Of a stretch of 64,000 nucleotides of DNA, positions 29,860-39,629 are shown piece after piece. This DNA is from Polyangiaceae bacterium. GTDB lineage: Bacteria; Myxococcota_A; Polyangia; Polyangiales; Polyangiaceae. Within the stretch, counting starts at the first letter, position 1; each line of letters begins with the position of its first letter. Position numbers and translations under genes: made by a program. The stretch is taken from assembly GCA_965222375.1 (NCBI GenBank), contig CBDCTZ010000016.1, positions 1,152,001 through 1,216,000 on the forward strand. Reading direction: 5' to 3'. The notes under the pieces are model-generated. The model was given only the letters and a program-made list of their open reading frames with translations. It searched no databases and was not told the DNA's origin.

Positions 29860-31437
29860 ATGAGTAACGCAGAGGTCGCGCGCAGGAGGACCGTGGCAAC
29901 GCGCGTCTTGCTCGGGTTCACGTTGGTCGCGGTCCTATTCTCGGTGGTTGCTGGCTGGGGCGTGTTTGCTCTGCGCCGTGCGGCGGCGGATGCGGACTTG
30001 ATGCGCTCAGGCTACTTGCCGCTGTCTCTGGCGCTTCGGGACGTGGTTGCCAGTCAGGACACCTGGAATACCCAGCTGAACCACATCACGACGGCGCGGA
30101 ACCCGGCGGACAAACGGGTTTGGTTCGATACAGCAATGAGGATCGGTCGGCCGCGCATGTTCGGAGAAGTCCGTGCGGCCCTCGATCGCGCATTCATGTC
30201 ATCAGGAGACGAGAACTTGGTGCGCGTCGGCCGGGAGTTGACCACGGAAACTACCGGCATAGAAAGCTCGATGCGCGAGGATCGAGAGTTGCTGGCCAAG
30301 CTTTTTGATGCCCTGGCGTCCGGGGACACCGAAGCGGCAGAAGGCGCCCGGGACAAGCTGGTCACGCGGGGGGCCGAGGGGCGAAAACGTCTCAGCCAGC
30401 TGGAGCAACGGGTGCAGGGCAATCTGGATCTCCTATTGGACACAGCGCGGGCGCGTGAGCGCCTCGCGATCCAGCTCTTCATCGGCCTCGCCACCCTAGC
30501 GCTGCTGTTGGGGGTCGTGACCGCCCTCTACACGCGCCGCGTGCTGTCGCCGTTGGCGGCGGTGACGGAACGAGCCATGGCGGTTTCCCGAGGCGACTTG
30601 ACTCCGCGACCGGTGGTCGCCTCCAAGGACGAAATCGGCGAGCTAGCGCAAACCTTCGAAAACATGGTCACTGCCATTGCCCAAGCCAACGAGCAGCTGC
30701 TGGCGGCAGAGCGCTTGGCCACGATTGGAAAGATGGCCGCTCACGTCACCCACGAGATCCGCAACCCGCTGTCGTCAATTGCTCTGAACATCGAGCTACT
30801 TGAGGAAGAGGTGGCGGAACGAGCGGAGACGGAAGCCGAGGCACGGGCTCTTGTGCGAGCCATCAAGGGTGAAGTGGAGCGACTGACCGCGCTGTCCGAG
30901 CAATACCTGTCGATGGCGCGACAGAAGCCCCTGCGCCCAGAACAAGAAGACCTCAGCGTCATCGTCAGCGAAGCCTGCGAGTTCATGCGGCGAGACGTTC
31001 AACGCCATGGCGTGAGTATCGACCAGGACATCGAAGAGCCACTGCCCGCGGTCATGGCGGACGAAGCCCAGATCAAGCAGGCGCTCTACAACCTGATTCG
31101 CAACGCGCGAGAAGTGCTCGATACGGGTGGCACCATCGGTGTTAGGGTTGTGGCGGCAACCGGTGGTGGGGTCGATATCCTGGTCGAAGACGATGGGCCC
31201 GGCATCGACGCAGCCGCCCGGGAGCGGATTTTCGAGCCGTTTTTCACGACCAAGCATCAAGGGACGGGTTTGGGTTTGGCCATCACGCGCCAGATCATCG
31301 AGGCCCACGGCGGCACGATTGCGTGCGATGCCGCGGAGAGCGGTGGCACCCGATTCTGGATTCATTTGCCCGAAACCATCGCCGGAGATAGCGTGGAAAC
31401 ACCGGCCATCAATGCCCAAAGCACCACTGCCGGGTAG
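29860..31437 (+). CDS. Membrane HAMP sensor histidine kinase (NtrB/NtrY-like)
   Basis: Two TMs, HAMP (DEIGELA..F..M), HEIRNPL, NLIRNA, DDGPGI and GTGLGL. Confidence 0.93.
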   Translation: MSNAEVARRRTVATRVLLGFTLVAVLFSVVAGWGVFALRRAAADADLMRSGYLPLSLALRDVVASQDTWNTQLNHITTARNPADKRVWFDTAMRIGRPRMFGEVRAALDRAFMSSGDENLVRVGRELTTETTGIESSMREDRELLAKLFDALASGDTEAAEGARDKLVTRGAEGRKRLSQLEQRVQGNLDLLLDTARARERLAIQLFIGLATLALLLGVVTALYTRRVLSPLAAVTERAMAVSRGDLTPRPVVASKDEIGELAQTFENMVTAIAQANEQLLAAERLATIGKMAAHVTHEIRNPLSSIALNIELLEEEVAERAETEAEARALVRAIKGEVERLTALSEQYLSMARQKPLRPEQEDLSVIVSEACEFMRRDVQRHGVSIDQDIEEPLPAVMADEAQIKQALYNLIRNAREVLDTGGTIGVRVVAATGGGVDILVEDDGPGIDAAARERIFEPFFTTKHQGTGLGLAITRQIIEAHGGTIACDAAESGGTRFWIHLPETIAGDSVETPAINAQSTTAG

Positions 31438-31477
31438 TCCGGTGGCTTTCCGCTCGTCTCAGAGGTAAGGCACTCGG

Positions 31478-32128
31478 ATGGGGTTGCCCGTCACGGTCGC
31501 ACTGGCGAGCAGTAACGACGGAAAGCTGCTCGAGCTTCGTGCGCTGCTAGCCGAGCTTCCCATCGAGTTGGTGACCGTCGAGGACGTGTTGGGGAAGGCT
31601 TTCAGTGTGGTCGAAGACGCTGACACCCTCGAGGGTAATGCGATCATCAAGGCCCGTGCCGCGTGTCTGGCGACGGGCCTGCTCTGCGTAGCCGACGACA
31701 GCGGCCTGGAAGTGGATGCCCTAGATGGTCGCCCGGGGGTGAGATCCGCCCGCTTCGCCCACGAGCGAGCCACGGACGCCGAGAACAATGCTGCCCTGCT
31801 ACGGGACCTGGAGGATGCCGAAGAACAGGTGCGCAGCGCTCGCTTCCGTTGCGTTCTGGCGTTGGCGTCGCCGTGGGCCATCGACGACATCGAGACCGTG
31901 GAAGGGCGCGTCGAGGGCAGTATTGCGCGGGATCCGCGAGGTAGTGGTGGCTTCGGCTACGATCCTCTGTTCATCGTGGAGGGCCACCAAGGTCGCGCCA
32001 TGGCGGAATTGAGCGAAAGTGAAAAGAACGCCATCAGCCATCGCGCCGTTGCAACCCGTGCGCTTGCGCCGGTGCTGATGAGACGCATCGCCGCCCAATT
32101 CGACGAAGCAGAGAAAATAGCCGGCTAG
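31478..32128 (+). CDS. rdgB: Non-canonical purine NTP pyrophosphatase
   Basis: ASSN.GK, ADDSGLEVDAL.GRPGVRSARF, GFGYDPLF and KNAISHR motifs. Confidence 0.96.
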   Translation: MGLPVTVALASSNDGKLLELRALLAELPIELVTVEDVLGKAFSVVEDADTLEGNAIIKARAACLATGLLCVADDSGLEVDALDGRPGVRSARFAHERATDAENNAALLRDLEDAEEQVRSARFRCVLALASPWAIDDIETVEGRVEGSIARDPRGSGGFGYDPLFIVEGHQGRAMAELSESEKNAISHRAVATRALAPVLMRRIAAQFDEAEKIAG

Positions 32129-33045
32129 CCGCCGCCAGCTATGTCGAAATGCGCCCCGAGTTGGAACGTTATCCAGCCATGGCCCGCTGCGTGGTCGCCC
32201 GGGGTCGTGGCATCTGACGTCGAACCATCCGGGTTGAGCCACTCCGCATCGCCAAAGGAACCAGCGCCCAGAGTGACGAGCGGCGACAGCGAAAAGAGCC
32301 GCGAAATCCGAATGTCCGCACCGAGCCCGAGACGGAACTCCAGCGGCGCCTCGGTCATGCGGAGCTCTGCGCCACTATCCCAAACGGCACGGAACCGCCG
32401 ATATCCCAGGTTGATCTCCGTGAGGAAGCCGACCTTATTCGGGTTCGATGAGAACCGAAGTCCGAGGGCGTAGTAGTCGGTTTCCCCGCGGTCCTGGGTG
32501 CCCAGCGCGGCGATCTCTTCGGAACCCGGCCCGAGCTGAGCGCGCTCCCAAAGCAAGAACACGTTGTAGTACCGGCCCAAGCGCGCCCCGGCATCCAGCT
32601 CGAACATCGGTCCGGCGGAAGCAAACTGTGACCACTTCACGTCGTCGATGCGGAAACCGTTCGCGTTGCCCTCGGTCCACAAGTTTCCGAACGGAATGAA
32701 CCAGCCGACTCGCGCTCCCAGCCAGAACGCGTTCTTGGGTGCAATGTGCCGGGGCTTCGGCGGAGGGGGTGGCTCGTAGATCGCGTATGGGGGCGGTGGT
32801 TCGTAGACGTACTGTCCCGGCGGCCCAGGTGGTGGCGCGCCCCGGGGCGGAGGTTGCCTCGGTCCCGCAGGTGGCTCCGAGTAGTAAGGTCCAGGTGGCT
32901 TGTCCCCGGATGCTGCGGGCGGCCCTGACTCCGGAGCTGGCGCTGCTGCAGGTGGCTCGGAGGCGTCCGCGGGTTCAGGTTGCGCCCCGCCCAGGCTCGC
33001 TTCGAGAATCGCCGCGGTGGCGAACAACACCCCTGTTTTTCGCAT
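32125..33045 (-). CDS. Outer-membrane beta-barrel protein with a Pro-rich N-terminus
   Basis: Signal peptide, Pro-rich tract, alternating beta strands, terminal FQLGAHFD. Confidence 0.7.
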   Translation of the reverse strand: MRKTGVLFATAAILEASLGGAQPEPADASEPPAAAPAPESGPPAASGDKPPGPYYSEPPAGPRQPPPRGAPPPGPPGQYVYEPPPPYAIYEPPPPPKPRHIAPKNAFWLGARVGWFIPFGNLWTEGNANGFRIDDVKWSQFASAGPMFELDAGARLGRYYNVFLLWERAQLGPGSEEIAALGTQDRGETDYYALGLRFSSNPNKVGFLTEINLGYRRFRAVWDSGAELRMTEAPLEFRLGLGADIRISRLFSLSPLVTLGAGSFGDAEWLNPDGSTSDATTPGDHAAGHGWITFQLGAHFDIAGGG

Positions 33046-33198
33046 GCTTTTTCTATAGCACCGGCGCTCCCGGAGGGCGCGTCTCCGACGTTGACCCCTA
33101 GGCTTGGAGCATGCTAATTGAGCGCCGCTATCCGCATCTACGCGGGAGCAAAGTGCCGATCTCGCCCTCGGGCGGGTAGCCCTCAGGCGAGGGCAGTT

Positions 33199-33492
33199 GT
33201 GCAGCATCACTGGAAAGGCGTCGGTACCTACGGCACGGTTGGCCTCGAGTTGGTCCTGAGCATCGTTTTCGGTCTCTGGGTTGGCAACAAGGCAGATCAG
33301 TGGCTGGAGACGGGTCCCTGGCTCGCTCTACTAGGAACCGGGTTCGGTATGGCGGCAGGTGTCCGCGCCGTCGTCAGGGCCCTGAATCGGGCCAACGAAG
33401 AAGCCGAAAAAGCCGAGCGTAAAGACCGCGAGGCGCGCAAGCGCTACCTCGATGACTCCCCGAACCGAAATAGACACGACCACCGAAGATAG
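33199..33492 (+). CDS. ATP synthase accessory protein, AtpZ/gene-1 family
   Basis: GLELVLSIVFGLWVG..AD.WL.T.PW..L.G...G; first gene of the atp F0 cluster. Confidence 0.8.
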   Translation: MQHHWKGVGTYGTVGLELVLSIVFGLWVGNKADQWLETGPWLALLGTGFGMAAGVRAVVRALNRANEEAEKAERKDREARKRYLDDSPNRNRHDHRR

Positions 33493-33844
33493 CGTTCGGC
33501 GCGCAATCTTTGCGGTACTGATCGTCGGTGCCGTCTTCGCAACTGGCGCAGGGGCGGTGCATGGACTGCAGGCTTCGGCATCGGTCGCGCTCGGTGCTGC
33601 CATGGGCGCCGTGAATCTCTGGTTGGTGGCGCGGGTCGTGCGGGCGTTCTTGAGTGGCGCTGCCCGCTTGCCCTGGGCCGCCGTTGTCTTAGTTAAACTG
33701 ACGCTACTCGCTGGAGCGCTCTACCTGATCGTTCGCAGCGACTGGATACTCCTCTTCCCCTTCGCCATCGGTTGGGGCGCGCTGCCAGTTGGCATCGTGT
33801 TAGCGGGGGTCGCTCCGTCGACACCCGTGGAGCAGAAAGGCTGA
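33452..33844 (+). CDS. atpI: ATP synthase protein I
   Basis: Four TMs, ALGAAMGAVNLW; directly upstream of atpB. Confidence 0.75.
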   Translation: MTPRTEIDTTTEDSVRRAIFAVLIVGAVFATGAGAVHGLQASASVALGAAMGAVNLWLVARVVRAFLSGAARLPWAAVVLVKLTLLAGALYLIVRSDWILLFPFAIGWGALPVGIVLAGVAPSTPVEQKG

Positions 33845-33848
33845 GTCG

Positions 33849-34616
33849 ATGCCCTCGCATTCGAGCTGGCTGACCATACTCCTCGCCAAGTTTCGCGGGA
33901 ACTTGGAGCACAACGCCCATCACTTGGGCAAGTCGTTCATCGGCCAGAAAGATCCGACCTGGAGCAACTGGGAACCGTTCATCGCGTCGATGCTGGTTTT
34001 CGTTCTCTTGTTCGTGATCGCATTCGCGGTGCGCGCTCGCCTCTCCGACACGGATAAGGCGGTTTTGCCGGAGGATAAGCTCACCCTGCGGACCTTCATC
34101 GAGACCTTCCTCGGCTACTTCTACGACCTGTGCAAGAGCGTGATGGGCCCGGATCGGGCGAAAAAGTACTTCCACGTCGTCGCCGGTTCAGCGCTATTCG
34201 TATTCGTGTCCAACATCATGGCGCTCATTCCCGGAGCGCCGGTCGCGACCAGCAACCTCAACATCACGTTCGGATGCGCTGCCGTCGTCTTCGTGCTTTT
34301 CAATCTGTACGGCCTGCAGGAAAACGGCATGGCCTACATCAAGCATCTCGCTGGTCCCAAGTGGTGGCTGGCACCGCTGATCTTTCCCATCGAGATCATC
34401 TCGCTATGTGTGCGTCCCGTCACCTTGGCGGTGCGCTTGATGATGAACATGAGCGTCGATCACATCGTGCTCGGCACCTTCATGGGCCTCATTGCCATAC
34501 TCGTGCCGCTGCCCGTGTTGCTGCTCGGTTGTCTGGTGATCGTGATTCAAACACTGGTGTTCGCCCTTTTGACCGCCATCTATATCGGCCTCGCAACCGA
34601 GCACGAGGACCACTGA
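33849..34616 (+). CDS. atpB: F0 ATP synthase subunit a
   Basis: PIEIIS...RPVTLAVRL..NM (essential Arg), IQTLVFALLTAIYI. Confidence 0.97.
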   Translation: MPSHSSWLTILLAKFRGNLEHNAHHLGKSFIGQKDPTWSNWEPFIASMLVFVLLFVIAFAVRARLSDTDKAVLPEDKLTLRTFIETFLGYFYDLCKSVMGPDRAKKYFHVVAGSALFVFVSNIMALIPGAPVATSNLNITFGCAAVVFVLFNLYGLQENGMAYIKHLAGPKWWLAPLIFPIEIISLCVRPVTLAVRLMMNMSVDHIVLGTFMGLIAILVPLPVLLLGCLVIVIQTLVFALLTAIYIGLATEHEDH

Positions 34617-34729
34617 ACAAGGGGTTTCCCCTGCCACCCAAACCAACACGCCCACTGTGGCGGATTTCGATAGCCCCCAAAGCAGATTCAGATTACAGCC
34701 CGCCCGGGTAGAACAAGGAGATTTTGGAG

Positions 34730-35065
34730 ATGACCAAGAACAAGCTGGCCCTTGTCAGCGCGTCGCTTTTCACGTTTTTTGCGTCGAGCGCGTTTGCCCA
34801 GGATGCCGCTGCTGCCGCCGGTTCAAACGAGTTTGACGCCAAGGCGATGGCCGCACTGGCTGCAGGCATCGCGATCGGCCTCGGCGCTCTTGGTGGCGGT
34901 CTCGGCCAGGGTCGCGCTGCTGCAGCTGCCCTCGAAGGCATCAGCCGCAACCCCGGCGCTGCCGCGCGGATTCAGACCCCGATGATTCTGGGTCTGGCGC
35001 TGATCGAGTCCTTGGTGCTGTTCGCGTTCCTGATCGCGTTCATCCTCCAGGGCAAAGTGCCGTGA
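34730..35065 (+). CDS. atpE: F0 ATP synthase subunit c with an N-terminal extension
   Basis: [16 protein letters not shown] loop, LALIESL. Confidence 0.97.
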   Translation: MTKNKLALVSASLFTFFASSAFAQDAAAAAGSNEFDAKAMAALAAGIAIGLGALGGGLGQGRAAAAALEGISRNPGAAARIQTPMILGLALIESLVLFAFLIAFILQGKVP

Positions 35066-35086
35066 GCGGCATCTTTCTCTAAGAAT

Positions 35087-35140
35087 ACAAAAAGCCAAAA
35101 CCGCCCCCGCGGCTAGCGTCGGGGCGGTTTGTCTTTTTGT
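35087..35140. terminator. Bidirectional terminator between atpE and the ABC1 kinase gene
   Basis: AAACCGCCCC...GGGGCGGTTT stem flanked by A-rich and T-rich tracts. Confidence 0.85.
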
Positions 35141-35144
35141 AGCC

Positions 35145-36848
35145 CTAGCGCTTGGAACGAAGCGCGCGAACGCCGTCCAATACCAAGTGATTCCCCAGCG
35201 CTAGGATGGCGACCGCAATGAGAATGTAGCCGGCTACGTCCTTGCCACTGGCAAGCAACCAGGCTCCCGACAGCACGAACGCGCTGCCGATCAGCGCGGA
35301 AAAAAGACGCCGCCCCAACTGGTCCCCTACTCGAGGGATGCCCGGATCCGAAGTCACGACGGAGAGCCGACCAAGCCGCAAGTCATCCAGAACTTCTTGG
35401 ACCTGTTGCGGCATGTTGTAGGTGGCACCCGAGAGCCGCTCGAGGCGGCGCAATAGCTCGTTGCCGAGCCGCTCCGGAGAATAGCGCTTCTTCAGCATTT
35501 CCAAGAACAGCGGCTTCGCTTCTTCGAAGATGTCGAGGGTCGGGTCCAGCTCCTTGCCAACGCCTTCCACGGTCATCAGGGCTTTTCCCACCAGCATGAA
35601 GTCAGGTGGGATTTCCAGACCGTACTTCGTGGCTCCTTGGACCAGGTCCCGGATCATCGCGGACATCTCGATGTCCCGAAGCTGCTTGCCCAGATACTTC
35701 TCGCTGAGCATGGCCACTTCCGCCCGATAGGCCTCCATTTCGATCTTCTTCGTGGGCGTTCCGATCGCGTACATCGCGTCTGCAATGCCCTCGTAGTCTC
35801 GGCGCACCGCGCTGACCATCACATCTACGGTTAGGTCGCGCATGCGTGGGCTCAAGCGCCCAACCATGCCCAGATCGATCATGCCCAGGGTGGGGTGCTC
35901 TTTGCTTCCAAGAACCAACACATTTCCGGGGTGTGGGTCTGCGTGGAAGAAGCCATCCTCGAAGATCTGTTTGACGATCGCGTCCAATGCGATGCGCGTC
36001 AGCTTCTTGCCCTCGTGCCCGGCTTCGATGGCGTCGTAGACCTTCTTGCCGTCCAGGAACTCCAGAGTCAGGACGTGTTTGCTGGACGCGGACTTGTAGG
36101 CGTGGGGGAAGCGGATGTTTCGGAAGCCCTCGAAGTGCTGACGGAAGCGAGCGGCATTCTCCGCTTCCGCCGTAAAGTCCAATTCGGCCGTGATGGCTCG
36201 ATCGAACTGCTGCACCAGCGCGACCGGCGAGTAGATCCGACTCTCGGGAATGGCGCGCTCGACGAGCATCGCGAAGGTGTGCAGCAGGTCGACGTCGCTC
36301 GCGATGGTTTTCGCGATTCCCGGTCGTTGCACCTTCACGACCACGTCTTTGACGCCTTCGTCGGACTTCAGTCTTGCCCGATGCACTTGCGCGATGCTGG
36401 CGGCAGCCAGGGGCTTTTCCTCGAAATCCTCGAAGATTTCCCCCAGCGTGGTGCCCAAAGAGTGTTCGACTTGCTCTCGGATCTTTTCGAAGGGAACGGG
36501 CGCGACCGAGTCCTGAAGCTTCTTGAGTTCGAGAATCACATCCGCGGGCAAGACATCAGAACGGGTGGACGCGATCTGGCCGAGCTTGACAAAAGAGGGG
36601 CCGAGATCCTCGAGGACTCGGCGGACCCGGACGGCGAGGCTCGATTCGGCACGGGCCTTGGCGCCACGTTCTTCATCCTCGGCGGACAGCCCGGGCTCTC
36701 GGGTGGAATCCGGAAGGTCGTCCTTGCCCTTTCGACCGCGGAACAGGCCCAGTCGTCCTACGACCTCGCCAAAGCCGTGAGCGACGAGCACACGCGATAT
36801 GTCTCGAAGCCGCCCGATGTCCCGGGCGGCGTGAACGATGCTGACCAT
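35145..36848 (-). CDS. ABC1/UbiB-family atypical kinase
   Basis: LGPSFVKLGQ, AAASIAQVH, VVKVQRP, FFHADPHPGN and IDLGMVG; start MVSIVHAARD. Confidence 0.93.
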   Translation of the reverse strand: MVSIVHAARDIGRLRDISRVLVAHGFGEVVGRLGLFRGRKGKDDLPDSTREPGLSAEDEERGAKARAESSLAVRVRRVLEDLGPSFVKLGQIASTRSDVLPADVILELKKLQDSVAPVPFEKIREQVEHSLGTTLGEIFEDFEEKPLAAASIAQVHRARLKSDEGVKDVVVKVQRPGIAKTIASDVDLLHTFAMLVERAIPESRIYSPVALVQQFDRAITAELDFTAEAENAARFRQHFEGFRNIRFPHAYKSASSKHVLTLEFLDGKKVYDAIEAGHEGKKLTRIALDAIVKQIFEDGFFHADPHPGNVLVLGSKEHPTLGMIDLGMVGRLSPRMRDLTVDVMVSAVRRDYEGIADAMYAIGTPTKKIEMEAYRAEVAMLSEKYLGKQLRDIEMSAMIRDLVQGATKYGLEIPPDFMLVGKALMTVEGVGKELDPTLDIFEEAKPLFLEMLKKRYSPERLGNELLRRLERLSGATYNMPQQVQEVLDDLRLGRLSVVTSDPGIPRVGDQLGRRLFSALIGSAFVLSGAWLLASGKDVAGYILIAVAILALGNHLVLDGVRALRSKR

Positions 36849-36862
36849 GGTTTGGTCTGGGG

Positions 36863-37315
36863 TTACTCGTTTCCGATTTGGCTCAGACCCGCCGATAGCC
36901 GAGAGCGCAGCTTCTGCAAATCCATGTTGCTTTTGGTTACATCTGCTCCCGCCCGCGCCGCGGTCACCACTTTCTGCGCGCGGTTGCGCGCGACTTCGCT
37001 GAGCCCGACCCGGTCCCCGAGGGTATTGAGTGCCGCCTGCTCTTCGGGGCCGATGCTGCCATCCAAGCCCGCAATCCAAACGCCACAGGCGTAAGTGAAC
37101 AGTCGAGTCAGACGGTTCATGCGCACCGTCTCGACCTGGGACAGGTCGAAGGGCTGCGCCAGCGCCGCCTCTACTGCCGCCAGGTCACCGCTGGCTAGCC
37201 CCAACTGCTTCGCGGCGTCGCCAATGCCCTTGGTCTCTTCGGGGTCGATCTTGCCATCCGCCCACGCGATGGCGCAAAGCGCCAGCACCGTGTCACGCCC
37301 AATCTCCACGCTCAT
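36863..37315 (-). CDS. TerB-like protein
   Basis: AIAWADGKIDPEE and a second IAGLDGSIGPEEQ motif. Confidence 0.75.
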   Translation of the reverse strand: MSVEIGRDTVLALCAIAWADGKIDPEETKGIGDAAKQLGLASGDLAAVEAALAQPFDLSQVETVRMNRLTRLFTYACGVWIAGLDGSIGPEEQAALNTLGDRVGLSEVARNRAQKVVTAARAGADVTKSNMDLQKLRSRLSAGLSQIGNE

Positions 37316-37370
37316 GGGGCGATAATAAGGCAACCGGGCTCTGGGTCGAGCCCGAGCTTCCCGACCCTCC

Positions 37371-38615
37371 TCAGCGGACCCGAATCAACGTGCCGGGTTC
37401 GTATTTCGTGGGCAGAGCTGCTCGCCAGCCCGCGGGCACGCGTGGGCTGGTCCAGCCGAATAGGCGCTCGGCGTCCAGGGGCGTGAGATTCACGCAGCCG
37501 TGGCTGCGGACGCGGCCGAAGGAGCGATGCCAGAAGGTGCCGTGAAGCCCGTAGCCCTTCTTGAAATACATGACCCAGGGCACGTCCTGAATCGCGTAGT
37601 AGCGGCTGGCCTCCTCGTTCTCGAGGTTGTCCATGTCACTCGAAACCAACTTCACCCAGATGCGGTGGTTGCCCTTCGGAGTTGCGAAAGTGCTGCGCCC
37701 CTTGCCCTTCCCGGTTGAAACCAGGGTGGCAAACACCGGTCGCTCACCTTCGTAGGCGACCAAGATCTGGTTGTCGATGTCCACATCGATCCAGCGTTCG
37801 TTCTTGCCCAACTCCCCCGGCATGGGAGCTTGGGTCGGAAACCGGACGTGTTTGTCGCTGACCCAGCGGTCCTCGCCAATACGAAACCAGCGCCGCTTCT
37901 TGCGCTCCACGGTTTCGAGCACCTTGAGCGCGGCGAATTCGGCGTGGGCTTTGCCAGATAGCTTGTGTCGACCTGGTTGCTTGTAGACGTCTGCACTCTT
38001 CTTGTAGACCCACCCGACGTTCAACTCTCCGTCGAGCTCCACACCGTGGAAGCCGAACGGACGAGCCGGCACCAGGTCGCGCATGGGCACCCACAGATCG
38101 TGCGTGGTGAGCCCGAAGGCGTGCCCGGGCAACCGCTCCGCCACCTGCACCAACGCCACGGCGAAGCCCGGTTGCAGCTCCGCGTCCGGCGCGACCTGCT
38201 CGGCGTTTCGCAGGCTCACGTATCCCAAAGAGCCGTGGCGGCCGGCGAAGAAGTATCGAAAAGGCAGTCCGTCGGCCGTGCGGTAGTGAGTCGATCGGGG
38301 CGCGAGCGCAGGTTTCATGCTCAGACGCACGACGTCCTCGCAGACCCAGGCGAGCGGCCCCACGTTGAGCCACCGGCCTCGGCAGCCTGGGCCCCGCATC
38401 GCGCCATACAACGGCAAGTGGGAGCCGTTGGCGGCGGAGCCTCGCCGTGGTGCCCCGGGGCGTGGGCGCAACCACATGGGTTCATCGCTCCGAGTGATTT
38501 GAACGCTGCTCACCCCGGTTGGCAGGGGCACATCGCTGGCATCCACCCAGGGCAGCCCGTCGGCGTTTGCCGTGGCGGCAACCAGAATGCTCGAGATCGC
38601 CGCAGCGCGTCGCAC
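37371..38615 (-). CDS. L,D-transpeptidase (YkuD domain)
   Basis: WIDVDI..Q.LVAYEG, VSTG and YGLHGTFWH..FG...SHGCVNL; start uncertain (up to 38687). Confidence 0.92.
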   Translation of the reverse strand: MRRAAAISSILVAATANADGLPWVDASDVPLPTGVSSVQITRSDEPMWLRPRPGAPRRGSAANGSHLPLYGAMRGPGCRGRWLNVGPLAWVCEDVVRLSMKPALAPRSTHYRTADGLPFRYFFAGRHGSLGYVSLRNAEQVAPDAELQPGFAVALVQVAERLPGHAFGLTTHDLWVPMRDLVPARPFGFHGVELDGELNVGWVYKKSADVYKQPGRHKLSGKAHAEFAALKVLETVERKKRRWFRIGEDRWVSDKHVRFPTQAPMPGELGKNERWIDVDIDNQILVAYEGERPVFATLVSTGKGKGRSTFATPKGNHRIWVKLVSSDMDNLENEEASRYYAIQDVPWVMYFKKGYGLHGTFWHRSFGRVRSHGCVNLTPLDAERLFGWTSPRVPAGWRAALPTKYEPGTLIRVR

Positions 38616-38704
38616 AGAACGCAGCGTAGCTGGCGGAGCAGGCCAGCGCAAAGTTGCCGGTGTAGCCACGCCCAAGGGAGCCGCCACCGGGGGGCGAGGG
38701 CCGC

Positions 38705-39604
38705 CTATTGATAGGAGAAGCGCAGCTCGTGGTCGCAGACGCGGAACAAGTCACCTTCGTTGACGACCTTGCGCTGAATGCGTTGCCCCGAGTACTCGAC
38801 GCCATTCGTGGAACCCATATCCACGATGTAGTACTGGCCGTTCAAGAACTCGATCATCGCGTGCTGCCGCGACACGTTCGGATCCTTGATCGTCAGATCG
38901 CTGGACTGCTTGCCACGCCCGATGATGAAGCGGTCCTTGGTGATGGGGAACCGCTCTCCGGCGTAGTAGATGTTGAGCGTAGATGCCCCGTACTGCTGCT
39001 GTTGCTGCTGGGGCGGGGGAGGCGGCGGCGGTGCCGACCGCGGCATTGGCGGTGGCGGACCACCCCGGGGTGGCATCTGCATGGTTCCACCCGGCGCGTG
39101 CTGCTGTGGTGGCGGCACGCTGCGCGCAGCCGGGGGTGGCGGGGGACGGCGCCCGGCGCTGGGCGCGCCGCCTTGATGCGGTGGAGGGGGCGGCGGAGGC
39201 GGAGCGCCGTGAGATGATGGGAACGCGCCACGGCCAGCGGGCGGTGGCGGCGGAGGCGGCGGAGGTGCCGCAGCGGCACCCCGCGGAGGCGGTGGAGTCA
39301 TGGCTCGGCTTGGACCTGGGCTCGGAGGAGGTCCCGCGCTGTGCTGCTGCTGAGGCGGTGGAGGAGGCGGCGGTGGGGGAGGCGGAGCACCATGAGTTGC
39401 TGGCGGAATTGGAGGGGGGCCTCCCCCACCGGCTGCCGGGTGCGCGGTGCTGCTGTAGCCGCGCTGGCGCGCGTACTGCTTCATTGCGTCGTTGATCAGG
39501 TAGTCGACGGAGCACTCGAGTTCGCGCGCCATTTGCTCGAACTTCATCCAAAGCGACTCGCGACATTGGAAGTTACGAGGAACTTTCCTATTGGGGTCAG
39601 TCAT
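38705..39604 (-). CDS. RHH-like domain, Pro-rich linker and FHA domain protein
   Basis: FHA motifs IIGRG...VSRQHA...DMGSTNG; N-terminal RNFQCRESLWMKFEQMARELECSVDYLINDAMKQY. Confidence 0.88.
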   Translation of the reverse strand: MTDPNRKVPRNFQCRESLWMKFEQMARELECSVDYLINDAMKQYARQRGYSSTAHPAAGGGGPPPIPPATHGAPPPPPPPPPPPQQQHSAGPPPSPGPSRAMTPPPPRGAAAAPPPPPPPPPAGRGAFPSSHGAPPPPPPPPHQGGAPSAGRRPPPPPAARSVPPPQQHAPGGTMQMPPRGGPPPPMPRSAPPPPPPPQQQQQQYGASTLNIYYAGERFPITKDRFIIGRGKQSSDLTIKDPNVSRQHAMIEFLNGQYYIVDMGSTNGVEYSGQRIQRKVVNEGDLFRVCDHELRFSYQ

Positions 39605-39629
39605 TCGCTCAGCTCAGTAGAAGTGGCGG

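Noticed and set aside
34730..35065. Na+-specific ATP synthase
   Set aside because: Q and ES are present, but the following T and Y of the Na+ signature are replaced (ESLVLF); not supportable.
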